The position numbers and the translations under genes are program-made. Source: Vicugna vicugna (Eukaryota). Taken from it: a DNA stretch of 64,000 bases. Below the pieces are notes generated by a model, which ran no database searches, was not told where the DNA came from, and saw only the letters and a program-made list of their open reading frames with translations. Shown here piece by piece: positions 1 to 13,600 of this stretch. How positions within the stretch are numbered: position 1 is the stretch's first letter; the number at the start of each line of letters is the position of its first letter. The stretch spans positions 558,001 to 622,000 of the forward strand of contig MU058584.1 in assembly GCA_013265495.1 (NCBI GenBank). The letters are read 5' to 3'.

Positions 1-1699
1 GGTGACAGGAAGACCTTGGACCATGTATCCCAGCACCTCAGATGTCTGTGGAGTAAAGAGGCCAGTTATGAGCAACTGCGGCACCACTTCACGAGCTGGT
101 CCCCATTCCTTCAGGCCAAGAGAAAGTCAAGTCTGAGGGAGGCAGTCCTCAAATCAAGAATGGCTGAAGTGGAGGATGAAGCAGATGGTCGTTGAACTAA
201 CTTCTAATAAAAGAAAACCGGCTGAAGTGATCAAGAGCCCTGAAAACACAGTGGGAAGGAAAGATCATCAGATCAAAGCAGTAATAAAAAAAAATCAAGA
301 TGGACAATTCTATCGAAAGTTTAGATTGAAAATAAGACATGGGAGAAGGAAGATGACCAGGGGCGGGAGTGTGAAACTGCGTGAGTGCTTCAGGGCTGGG
401 TGGGAAGAGAAAAAGACACCGCGTTCGGGCAGCACACGGGAGCAGGGGCTGGGGTGCGGGTGGGGCTGGGGTGGGGTGCCACGCTCATTGCTATAGATTC
501 AGATGTGGTTCTGTTAGCAAAGCATTAGGGGGCCTCGCTCCAAACTATCACCTTTCCTAATATTCTCCCGAGGCCCTCTAAGGATAACACATTCCTTTGG
601 GAAACCCACAGAAATCACATGAGCTGCTTAGGGAATCCTTGCTCCTGTGGGCAGGGGTTGTGCTGGGTTTTCCAAGGACCATGCTTCATGGCTGTGCCAC
701 CCTCAGCTGGTCTCGAGCAGCAGGTTAGTTGTTTTCTGTCTTCTGGTTTTTCACACTGTGCTGCTGCTTCTCCCAGAGGTTTTGCTTTGAGAAGGCCCCC
801 TGGGTTCTGCCTTCACCATCTGTGAGTTCCTTGATGGCTTTACCTCATCAATCTTGGTTCATTTCCATGTGTCTTTATGGGTTAGGGGTGCCCAAGCCTT
901 CCAGGGGCTTAAGAAAAATCTCTGCTCCATGTTCAAACTGGAGAACCCCCAGAGAGATGGTGATGTTGGGGCAACAGTGGTGGTTTCTCTTTGTTCTTCC
1001 ATTTGCCTTTTCTATAGTTATTTCCACAGTTTTAAAGTATTTGTACAGTGGGTTACAGTGTATTTATCCATCTCCTGTCTCATCCATTCTCAATATTTGC
1101 CCATTCCAGAACTGTACAGCCACTATGAGAGAGATTTTTTTTTGCTCTCACTTTAAGGACTGGGGCTGAGAGAAGGACAAGACTTTGCTTGGGCCCCACG
1201 GCAGGTCTGGATCCTCTGTCTGCAGGTTCTGTGCTTTGTGCTTGTGGCAGGCCCCTGCCGGCCAGGTGAGGCCCAGCGGGTTTTGAGCAGGAGTTGGCAT
1301 GGAGACTCCACTGCGGAGCTCTGTGTCTGTGAGTCTTAGATGGGGGAGCTCAGGAGACTTTGCAGGTGACTCAGGACCTTTCATGTTCTCTGTAGCCTGT
1401 GGGTCCCAAAGTCACCAGGCAATCCCCATGGAAATGAGGGGCAATAGGGGCAGAATAGTAGCACCTGGGGGGGGGACAGGGCCATGCATTTTAGAGTTTA
1501 TTACATTCAGAGAGAGGGATAATGACAGAGCAAGAGACGAGAACTTAAGACAGAAGCACAACATAATTGGTTCCAGTTGGGTCCAAAAAGGTGAGACCAT
1601 GAAGAAAAATCATGTGACCACCATAAAATACTCTTTGAAAAGTATACAGTATGGAAAGGTGCTGTGGAACTGAATCTCTGAATGCACTGGACTCATGGA

Positions 1700-2460
1700 A
1701 AAGGCTGAAGATGAGAGGGAAGACGTGTGACAAGAGAGAAGCACATGACCGAGGGAAATTCTCAAGTCCCGTTGTTCTAACCATGTCTCTCCTTTTTTTC
1801 CCTATAGTAGAGAACTGTCTAATCTTCAAACTAGAAACACTGAGACATAAGTGACTTTAAAAAATTGAAGAAGTTCAAAAACCATGAGGAAAATGGCACA
1901 CGTCCCTCACTCCTTTAAGTGTGTCCAGGCCTCGATCACTTAGACCCTGGAGTCCTAAAGAAGGTGATTGCAAAATCATGAGGAATGGATGAGATATGAG
2001 AGGATTACAAGAGTAAGACATTTCACTTTTTAGGAAGAGGGGAAGTCTGGGTCTAGGAGTCACTGGTGAACTTGTTATTGCCCCTGGGCAAAATTCTAGA
2101 AGAGATCATTAAGCAGATAATCCGTGAGAGCTTGGAAAAGGAAATAGTGATCACTAGGAGCCAGTCCTCAAAACCAATGACCAAGTATGCTTAGGAAATC
2201 TGCCTGGAGAGCAGTTGTGCAAATTAGCTTTGAATGTTTGAATTGACCACCATGTGAGGAAGCAATGAGATGCTGTAACTAAAGAAAAAAATGTGATGAG
2301 AGATGCTTTGCTAAAAATTCAGTTCTAGGCCATAGAAAATATTTACTCAAATTCACTCTGTGATGTTTTCATCCCTTTAGGAATATGTATTCAGTTCTGT
2401 GAGCTGCATTTTAAGAGTCATTAGCAAGTTGGGGTATGTACAGAGAAGGTTAACGAGGAA
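1700..2460 (+). mobile_element. Ancient CR1/L3 LINE remnant
   Basis: Degenerate CR1-like motifs gtgatcactaggagccag and ttcagttctgtgagctgcattttaagag...gtacagagaagg. Confidence 0.55.
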
Positions 2461-4079
2461 GACAGAACTCTTATTTACTGAGCAAGCAACTCAGCATGTG
2501 CTGGGCATTGTGTTAAATGTTGGGAGCGTGTTTTAATACTTAATTCTATGATGACATCATGAATCTGCCTGTTTCAGATGAGGAATGAAAGGGTTATGCC
2601 AACTGAATAGTTTACATGAGACCAACATCTAATGGCAAAGCTAAGACTTGAACCCAGATCTCTCTCCTTCCAAAGCCCACTCTTTCCACAGTACAAACCT
2701 ACCAGAGCAATGAGGGGTCTGGAAAGTGGGCCAGGTGAGGAACTCTTGCAGGAAGAAGTGTATCACTTTAAAAAATAAGAGGAGTAAGTACAAAAACAGT
2801 GGTTGTTTCCAAATGTTCGAATGGTTGCCATTCAGAAAAAGGATTGGCCTTGTTCTCCAAGGCCCCAAAGGATGGCACTCGGGCCCCAGTGCACGAGTAC
2901 TAAAAGCGGTTACCATTTATTAACCATTTGCTACGTGCTGATCGTTCTGTATCCATTCATTCTCTAAACCCCATGAATGAGGTATGGACTGTGACCATCC
3001 CCGTTTCAAAGGTGAAGAACCACAAGGAAGTCGAGGTGATGACCAGGCTCTCACAGCTAGAAAGTGGCACAGCCTGGCCTAAAACTCAGGTCTGTCCCAC
3101 ACCAGGGTCAGTATTTTCAACCCCTTCCCTCCACCGTATTCCTGCTGGTAGATTTCTGATCAATGTAAGGGGTAATTTCCAAAGAATTAGAAGCTCCTAG
3201 AAAGGGTGAGGGAAGCAGGTACTCTCACAGGAGTGATTTGCACACCGCGGACGAGTGCTGAATGAGAGGGGTGCTGGGTTAGACAGGCCTGATGGCTGCA
3301 CAGGTCTCTTTGTACTCTGTATTCTGTTTTCCCTGTGTTCCTAACAGAAACAAGTTAACCTGTAGATTAATAGCCACTTCCCAGTAGGAAGTGGGGAAGA
3401 GGGTGTGGGTGGTGAGTCTAGTGGCTCTTTCTCTCTTTGTCAACTTACATTTCAACATGACAGTAAACCCCAAATTCAGGTTCTCCAAGATACTGTTTAA
3501 ATATTTCAGTCATTTATGGCCATGACAATCTGCAGAAAAGTTTATTACTATGGAAGCATAACAGTTCCATTAATGAGTGAAAATTATAAATCTATACGTA
3601 GTTTGAAATAAAAAAATTTAAGGAATTTGGAGGGGAAACAAACCTAATAAACCTTAGGAATCATTATTAACACTGTGTGAACCACTTTGGTATCCTACCC
3701 TTGATAATTATACTGGAAGCTGTGAAAATTGAGATACTTTTTAGAAGCAGGATCAGAATTGCACTAGACTTAAGGATAACGCTATAGGAAGGGAAAAGGG
3801 AAATCTTTCTTCTCTTGAGTGCTTACGCAAGTCCCCACCCCCAACACAAAGAGTCACAGTTCTTAGAAACAAAAGTAAAACAAACAAAGTATGAAGGAGT
3901 AAGGATTCTTGGAACATAATTCTAGATCTGGAAATTTGGACCTAAGGCCTTAATCTGTTGATCTATTAATTGGTTGGTAAATAGGGTCACATGGAAAGAC
4001 TTCCTGCTTCTTGACTGTGTTGGTGGACACTTTTCTAAGCTCTAACTAGTTGACTTTTTGGTTGGCTAGAGGTTATTTA

Positions 4080-4193
4080 TTAATTTTATTGAAGTACAGT
4101 CAGTTACAATGTGTCAATTTCTGGTGCACAGCATCATATCCCAGTCATGCATATACATACATGTATTTGTTTTCATATCCTTTTTCATTAATA
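4080..4193 (-). mobile_element. Heavily 5'-truncated young L1 3' end with 15-bp TSD
   Basis: GCTAGAGGTTATTTA is repeated at 4065-4079 and 4194-4208. The insert read on - resembles the L1 3' termini at 22260-22310 and 22500-22550 (ccagaaattgacacattgtaactgactgtacttcaataaa). Confidence 0.8.
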
Positions 4194-4589
4194 GCTAGAG
4201 GTTATTTACTTATAATAACTAGACATTTGAGTTTCTGAACTCTGACATAACAGGGCAGTCCCCAGAGAGCTCCAGTCCAAAGAGAGTGGCTGCCTCCATG
4301 CCCAAGTGGTCATCATATTTGCTAAAAATGTGCTTTGCCTACCAAGGTAAAGTTAACCTTAGCTTGCTGCCATCCCTGAATGCCTTTCATGTCTGTCTTG
4401 CTGGCATGCCAGTCGGCACTCATATCTGCTCTGTCAGTTTTAAATCCAGTTCTCAGTCCTTGGGGTAGTGTGTAATAATAAATGAAAAACTCGGAAATCA
4501 AAGGAATTTTACGTATGATGCATCTGAACTAACTGGACCTGTCTTACTGGGGGGAAATGACTAGCCGGGCCACATGATGGGTGCTTACC

Positions 4590-5560
4590 GACAGTAAGGA
4601 CACCTTCCTCCCTCCTAAGCAGGCGTTAGGAACCTCCAGTCACCATGCTGGCGCTGGAATACCGGGATGTGGTCCTCATTCCTGCAGGAGCTTCAGCATA
4701 AACAACATAGTGTGATGTATGTGCTGTGGTTAAGGTGAGCCCCGGGGGTTCAGCAGCTCACACTTGGGGGCAGGGTGGACAGGGAAGGCTTCTCTGAGAC
4801 GAGTCTCAAAGGATACCAAGAGTGTCACCGCAGTTGCACAGGCAGGCAGATACATGCGACTAATTCCGAAGGGCTATGTAGGTCAGGCCTCTGGAGAGAC
4901 ATGAAAGTAGAAAGGTAGAAACTTCACGCTGAGGAGTTTGCACTTGATCTGGAGGGCAGTAGGAAGTCTTTGAATGATTTTTAGAGGAAAATAATGGGAT
5001 GTAGTTTGTGTTTTTAAAAATACCACTTTGCTAGCAGTGTCGAGAGTGGGTTAGTGTAGATGAGCTAGGAAGCAGGGAGAGACTAGGTGGGCTGCCAAAA
5101 ACAGGTGAACAGCAAGGACAGGTGGACTAAGGCAGTGCCAGGGAATTGAAGGGGGAAAAAAAGTACATTTCTTTTTAATGCTGAAGAGGCATGTGAAGGA
5201 GGCGGGCTGCAGAGGCCTTGGTCGTGACTGACAGGTACTGGGGAACGGGGAGGAAGGAGCAGGGATGTTGTCCAGGTTTCTGGCTCGAGTGGACACGGTG
5301 CCCCTCGTCAGGAGGGGGCTTGGGAGAAGGAAGGCCATGCTTGCCTGGAGAATTACAGAGGAGATGATGAATTCAGCTGCAGGCATGATGAGTTTGAGAA
5401 GCCTGCAGTGAAGACCAGGAGGGCTTGTCGGGAAGGGCTGGCTGGGCGGGCCCGGTGCTCAGGCAGGGGCTGCTGCGGTGAGGTTGCTGGTTTGTCCCTT
5501 CCATGTTAGGAGGACACTTCGGTGTCACTAGATGGGTAGGGGACTCTATGGGCCCCATAA
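4590..5560 (-). mobile_element. L2 remnants
   Basis: Degenerate L2 motifs: tgaggagtttgcacttgatc, gatgttgtccaggtttctggct, tgagtttgagaagcctg. Confidence 0.55.
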
Positions 5561-6309
5561 CGTTAGATTAGGTTCCTTAGAAGCCACATGAAACAAACGT
5601 AACTTCTGTTTCAGCGTCATTTAGAGTTGGTGGGCCTGTGAGATGAACTGAAATGACTTCTAGCAGAGTTCAGTGTAGACACTGTGGTCCCCAGGGTGAA
5701 CTTGGGTTTCTTCCCAGGATTGTTCTCCTCTCTGCATCACTTTTCTTTTGACTGTCCCTCTCAGGCTTCTTGGAGTCCTGGGTGGGAATCTCAATAAAAA
5801 GACCTCTTAGAGGCTGTATCGGTAAGGAGAAGTAAAAAGGCATTTTACTCATTATTTGACCTTCCCAACAACCTGCAAGGTGTTACTATTGATAGTCCCA
5901 TTTTACAGATAAGAAGACTGAGCTGCTGAGTCTTGTCATAGTTGTAGTGAGGGGCCAAGATGTGCGTATGACTCTAAATTCCATTCTCTTTCTACTACAC
6001 AGCACTGACTAAAGCAGATCAGACCTGTTAAATCCCGGGATGGAAGTTACCAGTGTTGTTTCTGAGGAAGAGATGTTTTATGGAAATGATGTGGCCCCAG
6101 AGGGTTTATCAGAACCTTGGATCACCCAAAATCAGTTCCACTGCTGTGTCCCCGATACTTCCCTCCCCTGCCCCATGCCGACAAAACTCAGCCCTCGTGG
6201 TTCTGGGGCACCCTGTCCTAGGACCACCCCCGCCACCTCCGCCGAGAGTCCGCTGTCAGGGCTTGCTTATGTGTCCCAATTTTCTAGTCTTTCCCTCTGC
6301 CTCTTCCCC

Positions 6310-6795
6310 CATCTCCACCACAGCAGCCAGAGTGAGCCTTTAGTTTAAAGCATTAGAAAGTCTGCCCTCTGCTCAAGAGCCTCCAATGGCTTCTCTTGTC
6401 ACTTGGAGTACAGTCCCTGACCTTCACGGCCGCCTATGTTCTGGCCTCTGGCTGCTGCTCTGACGCTGTTGCTGACCACACGCACTCTGAGGTCAAGCTG
6501 CGCTGACCTTCTGGCCATTTCTTGAGCGCTTAGAACACCTTCTGAACACCACAGGGCTTTGCAGCTCGCTGTTCCCACTTCCCGCAGTGCTTTTGCCCAC
6601 ATAGTCCTGTGACTGGCTCCCTCACGTGATGAGGCCTCTGCCTCTCGGTGAGGCCACCCTGTCTAAAACAGCAGCCCCCATCAAGCTCTGTCCCTTATTT
6701 TTCTTCATAGCACTCATCACTGGTGCCCCTGGCTTCTGGGATGGTGCCTGGCCCACCGAGTGCACTCAGGGGGATGGGTTGAGTGATGGAATGAA
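6310..6795 (+). mobile_element. L2 3' fragment
   Basis: agggctttgcagctcgctgttccc, ttcttcatagcactcatcac and a terminal gaatgaat. Confidence 0.6.
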
Positions 6796-7290
6796 TTCCA
6801 TGGAAGCCGTGGGCCTGATGGAGAGGGACCGGAAGTGAAGTCACTATCACCGAGGGACCTACGATAATGAAGCAGGGTTTCTTAGTCTCTCCCAGTGTGG
6901 TTAATGTTGCTGGTTCCCTAGGTCTTCTCATTTGGAACTGTGAACAGGTATCTGGAAACTTGCTCCCATTTCCCTTGGTTAGATGCAGATTTATTGGTCT
7001 GATAAGGTTGGGAATGATTTTTTCGTTCTAACACATTATTACCAGGACAGATTTGCTGCCTAGTAATAGTGTGGGGTCTCCGTCCTACCCATGCCCACTC
7101 TTCCAGATCTGGAGGGTTAGTGGACCTGCTGACAGTGCCTCCTGTATTGTGGCTTTCATAAGAAGATGATTTTCTCTACAAACTTGACTTGAGTGAGCTC
7201 TGTCTTCAGTGTCCATAAGCAGAGGTTTCCTTGTTGGAGATTTGAACCTAATGCCATTTTCAGTGCATTTTTCTGTTGCTCTTCCTATAG

Positions 7291-7399
7291 GATCTTCTAC
7301 GTCTCTCATGATTCCCAAGACTTGAAGATCTTCAGCTATATCGCTCGAGATGGTGCCAGCAATATCTTCAGGTGTAACGTCTTTAAATCCAAGAAGAAG
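7291..7399 (+). CDS. NOS1AP: NOS1AP coding exon (about human exon 5), C-terminal part of the PTB domain
   Basis: Pyrimidine tract + tag|G acceptor and AAG|gtaaag donor. 109 nt encoding (R)[36 protein letters not shown], recognised as CAPON PTB sequence. Ends phase 0. Confidence 0.96.
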
Positions 7400-10399
7400 G
7401 TAAAGGGGCAGTCATTGGTCATCTCTTACTTTCCTCTGACGGAACCAGAGTGCTCCCAACATTGACTTGTCTCCCTGTTGATAGAGGGATAAGATTTGTA
7501 GGTGGCTATTTTAATGTGAACTTGAGGGGAATAAACTCACTAGTCTGTCATTGCTCCTATATAATGAAATTCTCTTAGTTTCATTTGAACTTTGTACTTA
7601 GTTGGATGCGAACAGCTGGAGAGATCTCAACCATTGGATGAGTGAGCTGGGTTGGTACCAGGAGTGATGCTCACCATGGGGTGCAGTAGGAAAGAAGCAA
7701 TGAAGGTCACTAAGGTGACCTTCATCATAATTCTGTGTACTGGTCATTGGCCCCCAAATGTGACATGTGGCATCTAGCTTAGACTTTGCATGTGATATTG
7801 GTCGTCCTGGATAGTTATTTTGGTATAGCAGCCTTGATGCTTGAGTAAACGCAACTTTTGCAATTCTGTAGAGGTATGCTTCCTTTCTGTCACCCCTTCA
7901 GGAGTCTAACACAAGATACTGCGGTTTTGGAAACCTGGAATCTAGCGCCTCGTCACGCCTGGAACCCCAAGTGATGTTGTGTGGGTCACTATCCCCCATG
8001 GGTCTTGGCTTCTTTGTCTGTAAAACAAGGAGGAGAGTCAAAATTAGCATTTCCTAAAATGTAGCCTGTAAGACATTTACCATCCAAAGTGTTACATGTA
8101 AAACTATTTTATTTCAATTTTCTGGGAAGTCCTAAAATTAGCGAAATCCATTTAACTTTAACCTAGCATTTCTCAAACTGATTTAGCCATGGAATCATGT
8201 TTTTTCCCATGTATTTGTGATAATACCTTGGGAATTATTTTTCTGCAGAAGAGATTTTGGGAAACACTCTATTTATGCCTCTAAGGTCCCTTGCAGATAT
8301 ACCATTCTAGACACAAGCCACTAAGCCTGGCTTTCTATGCAGGCCACTTCCACATCCCTTCCTGCTTGCCCTTGCCTGATGCTGTGTGACATCTTAATGC
8401 ATCGTATGCCGTAAGATATCTTTAATAGCTTTGTAGGTACCTTGCCAAGTGGGCATAATAATAATACATGACAGGGTCCAGATTTACTATCATAATTATT
8501 CTGGCCCCCACCCTAGCTCCACAAAGAGAGTTATACTTCGTGGTTCAGCCTCTTCCTCTAAGGACATTTGTGCTCTTACCCACCTGTTCCCAGACTTTTC
8601 AATGCAAATCATGACCTTGGATGGAAAGAGCTAGAATTTGAAAGATGGAAGGAAAAGGGGGCAAGTTGCCAGACTTCGTTTCTAGACAGTAGTACAGTTG
8701 AGAAGGCATAAAGTGTAAGTGGGGCAAAGTCGAGCTGATAGAAAGAGGAGGAGGAGAGGGAGAGAAAGAAAAGCCAGAGGGGCTGCGGATGAGAATTTAG
8801 GGTTAGGGAGAGTGAGAGGCCCTTATGTGGCTTTGAGGTGTAGTGCATCTGGGGAGGAAAGAAAAGGAAGTACAAAGTGTTCCTGAGAGTTGTGAATTGG
8901 ATCATCTGTAATGTTCTTTGACAGAAGGAACTCAAGACTAGAATTTCCCTGAATTCATGTTAAGTGCTCAACTATATTCATTTGAGTCTGACTTACTTTT
9001 GTCCAGAGACTGGATCATGTGGACCTTGAAATTTATTAGTTACAAATGGCACATTTTAGTTTATAGAGTGCTTTAATATTTAATTTTACTTGATCCTTAC
9101 AAAAATCTATGTGAAGTTAAGACAGGTAATTTTCACCCCTAGTTTTATGGACGAGTAGATTAAGGTTCAGAGAGATTAAATGACCTGCCCAGAACCAGGG
9201 AGACATGCAGAACAAAAGAATTGCGAGCAGGAAATCTAGGTAAAGGAGATCATTATATTTGCTTTGCCATCTGATCTAGTGCAGCAGCAAAAACACAGTG
9301 GGGTCATCCAGTTCTTCTGCCAAAACCTGAGTCTAAGAACAGTGCCCACTGGCACCTTGACCTTGACATGGAGCATAGAATTAAGTTCTTATTACCCAGT
9401 GACAAAGGAGCAGTCATCTGGTTCCCTATCATATCAGCTTTTCCCATGTCTCATGGCTCTCAGCTAATCCTGGTCTCTGGCTCTTATTTTTTATATCCCT
9501 TTCACCCTCACCTACTGAGGCTGTAACCCTTTAGAGCTGGTTCTCAGGCCCTTTGCTGGCCTGTAGCCATGCAGCTGAAGGAATTGTTTCCAGACAGCCT
9601 GGGCTGTGAGCCCCATTACTGCCGAGCTGTAGATAGAAGGGCTAGTTTCCAAGCCAGGAAAGAGAAGTGAATTAATTGTTCAGCAAAGGAAGCAGAATTG
9701 GGGAGGGGTGGGGAACACGTCTGCAAGGTTTTGTACATTTATCCTGGTTAGTCTCCAGATTTGGTGATTTACCTTTTTGTAGGGCACTTCTGGTTTGGGG
9801 AGATAATAGCTTTGGAAGGAGTTTTAATTGGCAAATGATAGAAATACCTAAGAGGTGAGGAGGAAAGGACTATATGCCCCGAGGAAGCACGTCTTACAGG
9901 GTTGTTTCTGGATTGTTGGAGGTCAAAAGGGGGGTCCCTTGACTGGAAGCCAGGAGACCCAGGTACTCACAGAGCCCTCGTGTTGCTCATAGTGTAGGAA
10001 AGCCTTGTATGAGCTCCTTGCTATGTCAGGGCTTTGGTTACTGCTGTTCACATCCCATCATGTCCCCTGTGTGTGCATCCAAGGCGCATTTCCCTTTACC
10101 TTCACTACGGGGAACAGGGTTGCCTTTTCTGCTGGTTGAGAACCTAGGTCAGGTGTCGCAGCTCCTCCCTGAACCTGGCTCCCGGCACAGTTGTTATTCC
10201 ATACCTGTGGCTCTGCCTTTAGTTACTCGCATATGCAGCCAATGTGGTTCTCATCTTGAGATGATTTTTTTCAGTTGGGCTTTCAGTAGAAGCTTGATAG
10301 CACAATGTTGCAGGAGGATAACATACCACCAGCTAATCGCCTATAGTTTAGAGTAATACTCTGAATTATCCAAGTTGTAGCCTTATATTAAGTAAGATG

Positions 10400-10635
10400 G
10401 TAATAGCTAATCGCTTTTGCTTGCTGACTGTGTCTGTGACCGTTCTAAACTCTTTCTATGTGTTGTCTTATTTCATCCCCACAGCAGTGCTGTGAGATAG
10501 GTATCACCATGCTCTTCATTTTATAGATGAGAAACTGGATGCTCAAGGGACATAACTCACAATAAGTGGTGGAGTCAGAACTGAACCCAGAAAGCTGGAC
10601 TCTGGGGCTCACCTTCTTAGCCACTGCATTGTATT
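10400..10635 (-). mobile_element. MIR SINE
   Basis: MIR core cattttatagatgagaaactgg and gaactgaacccag. Similar cores lie near 2905-3125, 5850-6005, 9065-9195, 40185-40350 and 55395-55595. Confidence 0.7.
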
Positions 10636-13600
10636 ATCTTCATCAGGAACTTGCGTCACTGAGGAGTAGCCTTGTTCTCCAAGACCTGTTTGCAAATGGG
10701 TTCTACTATAATCGTTCCTGGGGTATGAAGAGCTCCTTACCTCTGAATGGCCCCAGTCACTTGACATAGATTTTCCTTTTTTTTTTTTCTCTCTTAGTAT
10801 CTTTGTCTGATCAGTATTGACTCCACTTTATATTTGGAGGAAAAAAGGGTCCAGGGCAGTAAATTGCCATTGGTCGCACAGGGAGTCAATAGTGCCATTG
10901 AGATAAGAACTGGGCTTCCTGCCTCCCAGTCCAGAGTTTTGGCCACTGAAGTCTGTTACATGAAACTCATAGAAGACACATGAACCTCTCTGCACTTGAG
11001 TGTCTCCAGCTACCAAATAAGAGGAAAGGCATTAAGGAATGCTGATTTTTGTGTGTGGAGTGAGGTGGTCTTCAGGAAACAAATCTTATGTGACTGGGAA
11101 GGACTGCCAGGGTGATGGGGCGGGGGGTCCCACCACTATTTAGACTAGTGCCAGAAAGGAAGGGGGGGGTCTTCTCCTTGTGTGGAACATCCATTGGAGA
11201 CGCCTCCTAATGACACGGCTTTCCTGTTTCTCCTCCCTGGGGGATAGAATGATAGTACTCATTTTCAAGGCCTTTTGCCTCTCGCGCAGGCTCTGCATGG
11301 TCTCTTGACCTCTCCTGCGGAGTGGATGTCACGCTCCTGTCATTTTCTCCCGGCCCCAGGAGGACGTGGCTGTCTGCCCTGATTAAGTGTGACTGTGCTT
11401 ATGAGCGCGTCAGTGTGTGGAGTGTTAGTGATTAACAGGAGCCCCGGGAATCTCCCCATTATCTTCCCGGGCAGCTCCTTGAAATCGTTCTGCCTGCAAT
11501 CACAGCTCAGTTGGTTTGGGTTAGGAAAAATCATTTCCTCCTGTAATGCTGTCGCCATCAGATTAGCGACCACAGCTGAGAAGTTTAACGGTCTTTTAGA
11601 GCTTGCAGTGGATTTTGGAAGATGGTGACAGTCGTGTGCTAAAGAATAAGTCACTTTCCTGGTCAGGCTTAAGATATGGAGGAGGGGTAGGTCCTAAGTT
11701 TATATATCCTAAGTGTTGGGATGGGATTGGGTTGGGAAGTCAAAATACAGAAATCGTAAGTCTCAGAACTCATCTAGTCCCTACCTGTCTGGTTATGGAG
11801 AGGAAACCAGTGCATGGAAAAGTGATTAACTTGCCCACGGTCACCTAGCTGGTTACTGACAGTACTGAGCAACTGACAGCTGTTACTTGGCCTTCTTTTC
11901 TCTCTGGGACTGTGGTTCACGGACCAGCAGAGAACAAGGAAACACCTAGCAGTCCATTGGAAATGTTAAGATCCACTGTCTTCTGTCAATGTGGGAAGTC
12001 ATACCTGCTTTGGAACGAAACTTTCCCCAGAGTGAGCAGTATCCTAGTGTCCAAGACATCACCTTGATCTAATTATATGATCAAGGCCATTAACGAACCT
12101 GTTAGGCAGAAACCAAACCCATCTCCCATTTCAGAGTCTTAGTACAGTGGGTCTTCTTCACTGTGAAAGTCCTGATGTATTTTCTCACTTCAGCACTGCA
12201 GATTCTGTAGACTGCAGTCATTTGGTAGATATAAGCTTAAATCTTTTACTAAGGTTCAAAAACACATTAAAGAAACATGACCCTGAGTCCTGTTTTTGTT
12301 GAGATTCTGTGCTGCTGAAGGTCAAGAGAAGGACACTGTACTTCTTGCTGTGATAGATAAGCAGAGTTATAAAGCTGTGAGCTGTCCTAGAACTGACTTG
12401 CTGGGCCCCATTTCCCTAGGATTCACAAGCACTCAGCAGATAAATCTCAGGTGCTCAGAAGATACAGAGTTGGGGGTGGGGGAGAAATAAACTAGGGTAA
12501 AGCTGCTAGACCAAGGAGGACACTTTCTTGTAAGAAGTGTGCCCTCACTCGGCTCTTCATCCTCTTACTGTGGTCATGTTCATTATTATCATTGTCTTCA
12601 TCTTCATACACACCTTTCATTTTGAGCTTTTTGACTTTCCTTACTTACCTGATGAGTCCTTTAATCATCTCCATGGGCTGCGAAGTTGAGAGAGCTTTTT
12701 CCAGGACAATGAAATTCAAAACAGTGCCCAAGGTTGTTTATTAAATCAGCTGCAGACTAAGAATAATAGTAATTACTTCAAAAGATTCCCAAAGTTTACA
12801 GGACCAACCAACAATAAGATCATTTAAAAGGAGGACAGAAAAACATCGACTCTGATTTTTATGTGGACCAGTGAAGTACAGGAATCAGCCTTTTGATTTC
12901 TGTCTTCCTAAAGGAACCACTGCAGGCTTTTGTCTGCTTTTGAGTAGACAGCCTGCTCTCACTGAGAATATACTGTTATCTTCTTGATTGTTGTTGCTGT
13001 TCATCAAATATTGATGCCTGCTAGGTATATAGTTGGTACCAATGTTAGGCATACCGGAAAGAATAGCTGTGCTTTGCATCTTGGCTTGATGTCTGTGCTG
13101 GATTGAGGGATGGCCTGAGAGTGGAAGGGAGAGGGTTCTGTCAACATGAACAAGGGGATGGTTTAAAGAAACATTTCTGTGCGCCGTTTGTGTAAGTGGT
13201 ATAAAGTTCTAAGACAGCTTCTTTTCCAGCCCCGTTTTTACAAAATTGCTGTAATTGGCACTCCCGTGAGCTTCAGTGCTCTCCATCGGCAGCTGAGAGC
13301 CACTCTGAGGCTAGACATGCCTTCTCTGCTTTGGAAACATCAAAGCAATCATATCCAACCTAATCTTGACAACTAAAGCCCCCACATGCTCTAGAGTTGC
13401 TAATACAAAATGGCTTTTGGACAGGAAGATTTGATCCATGTGGCCAAGTACTTTCAGTGACTTATGTAACACTAAGCTGAATCTGTACAGAAATAATGCA
13501 GAATAATGATGTTTAAAAAAAAACTAGTAAATTCCAGAGAATGGCCAGATCCTGGAGCTGGAAAAGGCTGCTTCCCCAACATACTACTTATTTGCTCTGC

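Noticed and set aside
445..476. G-quadruplex-like G runs
   Set aside because: Such runs are common in mammalian introns and there is no evidence of function.
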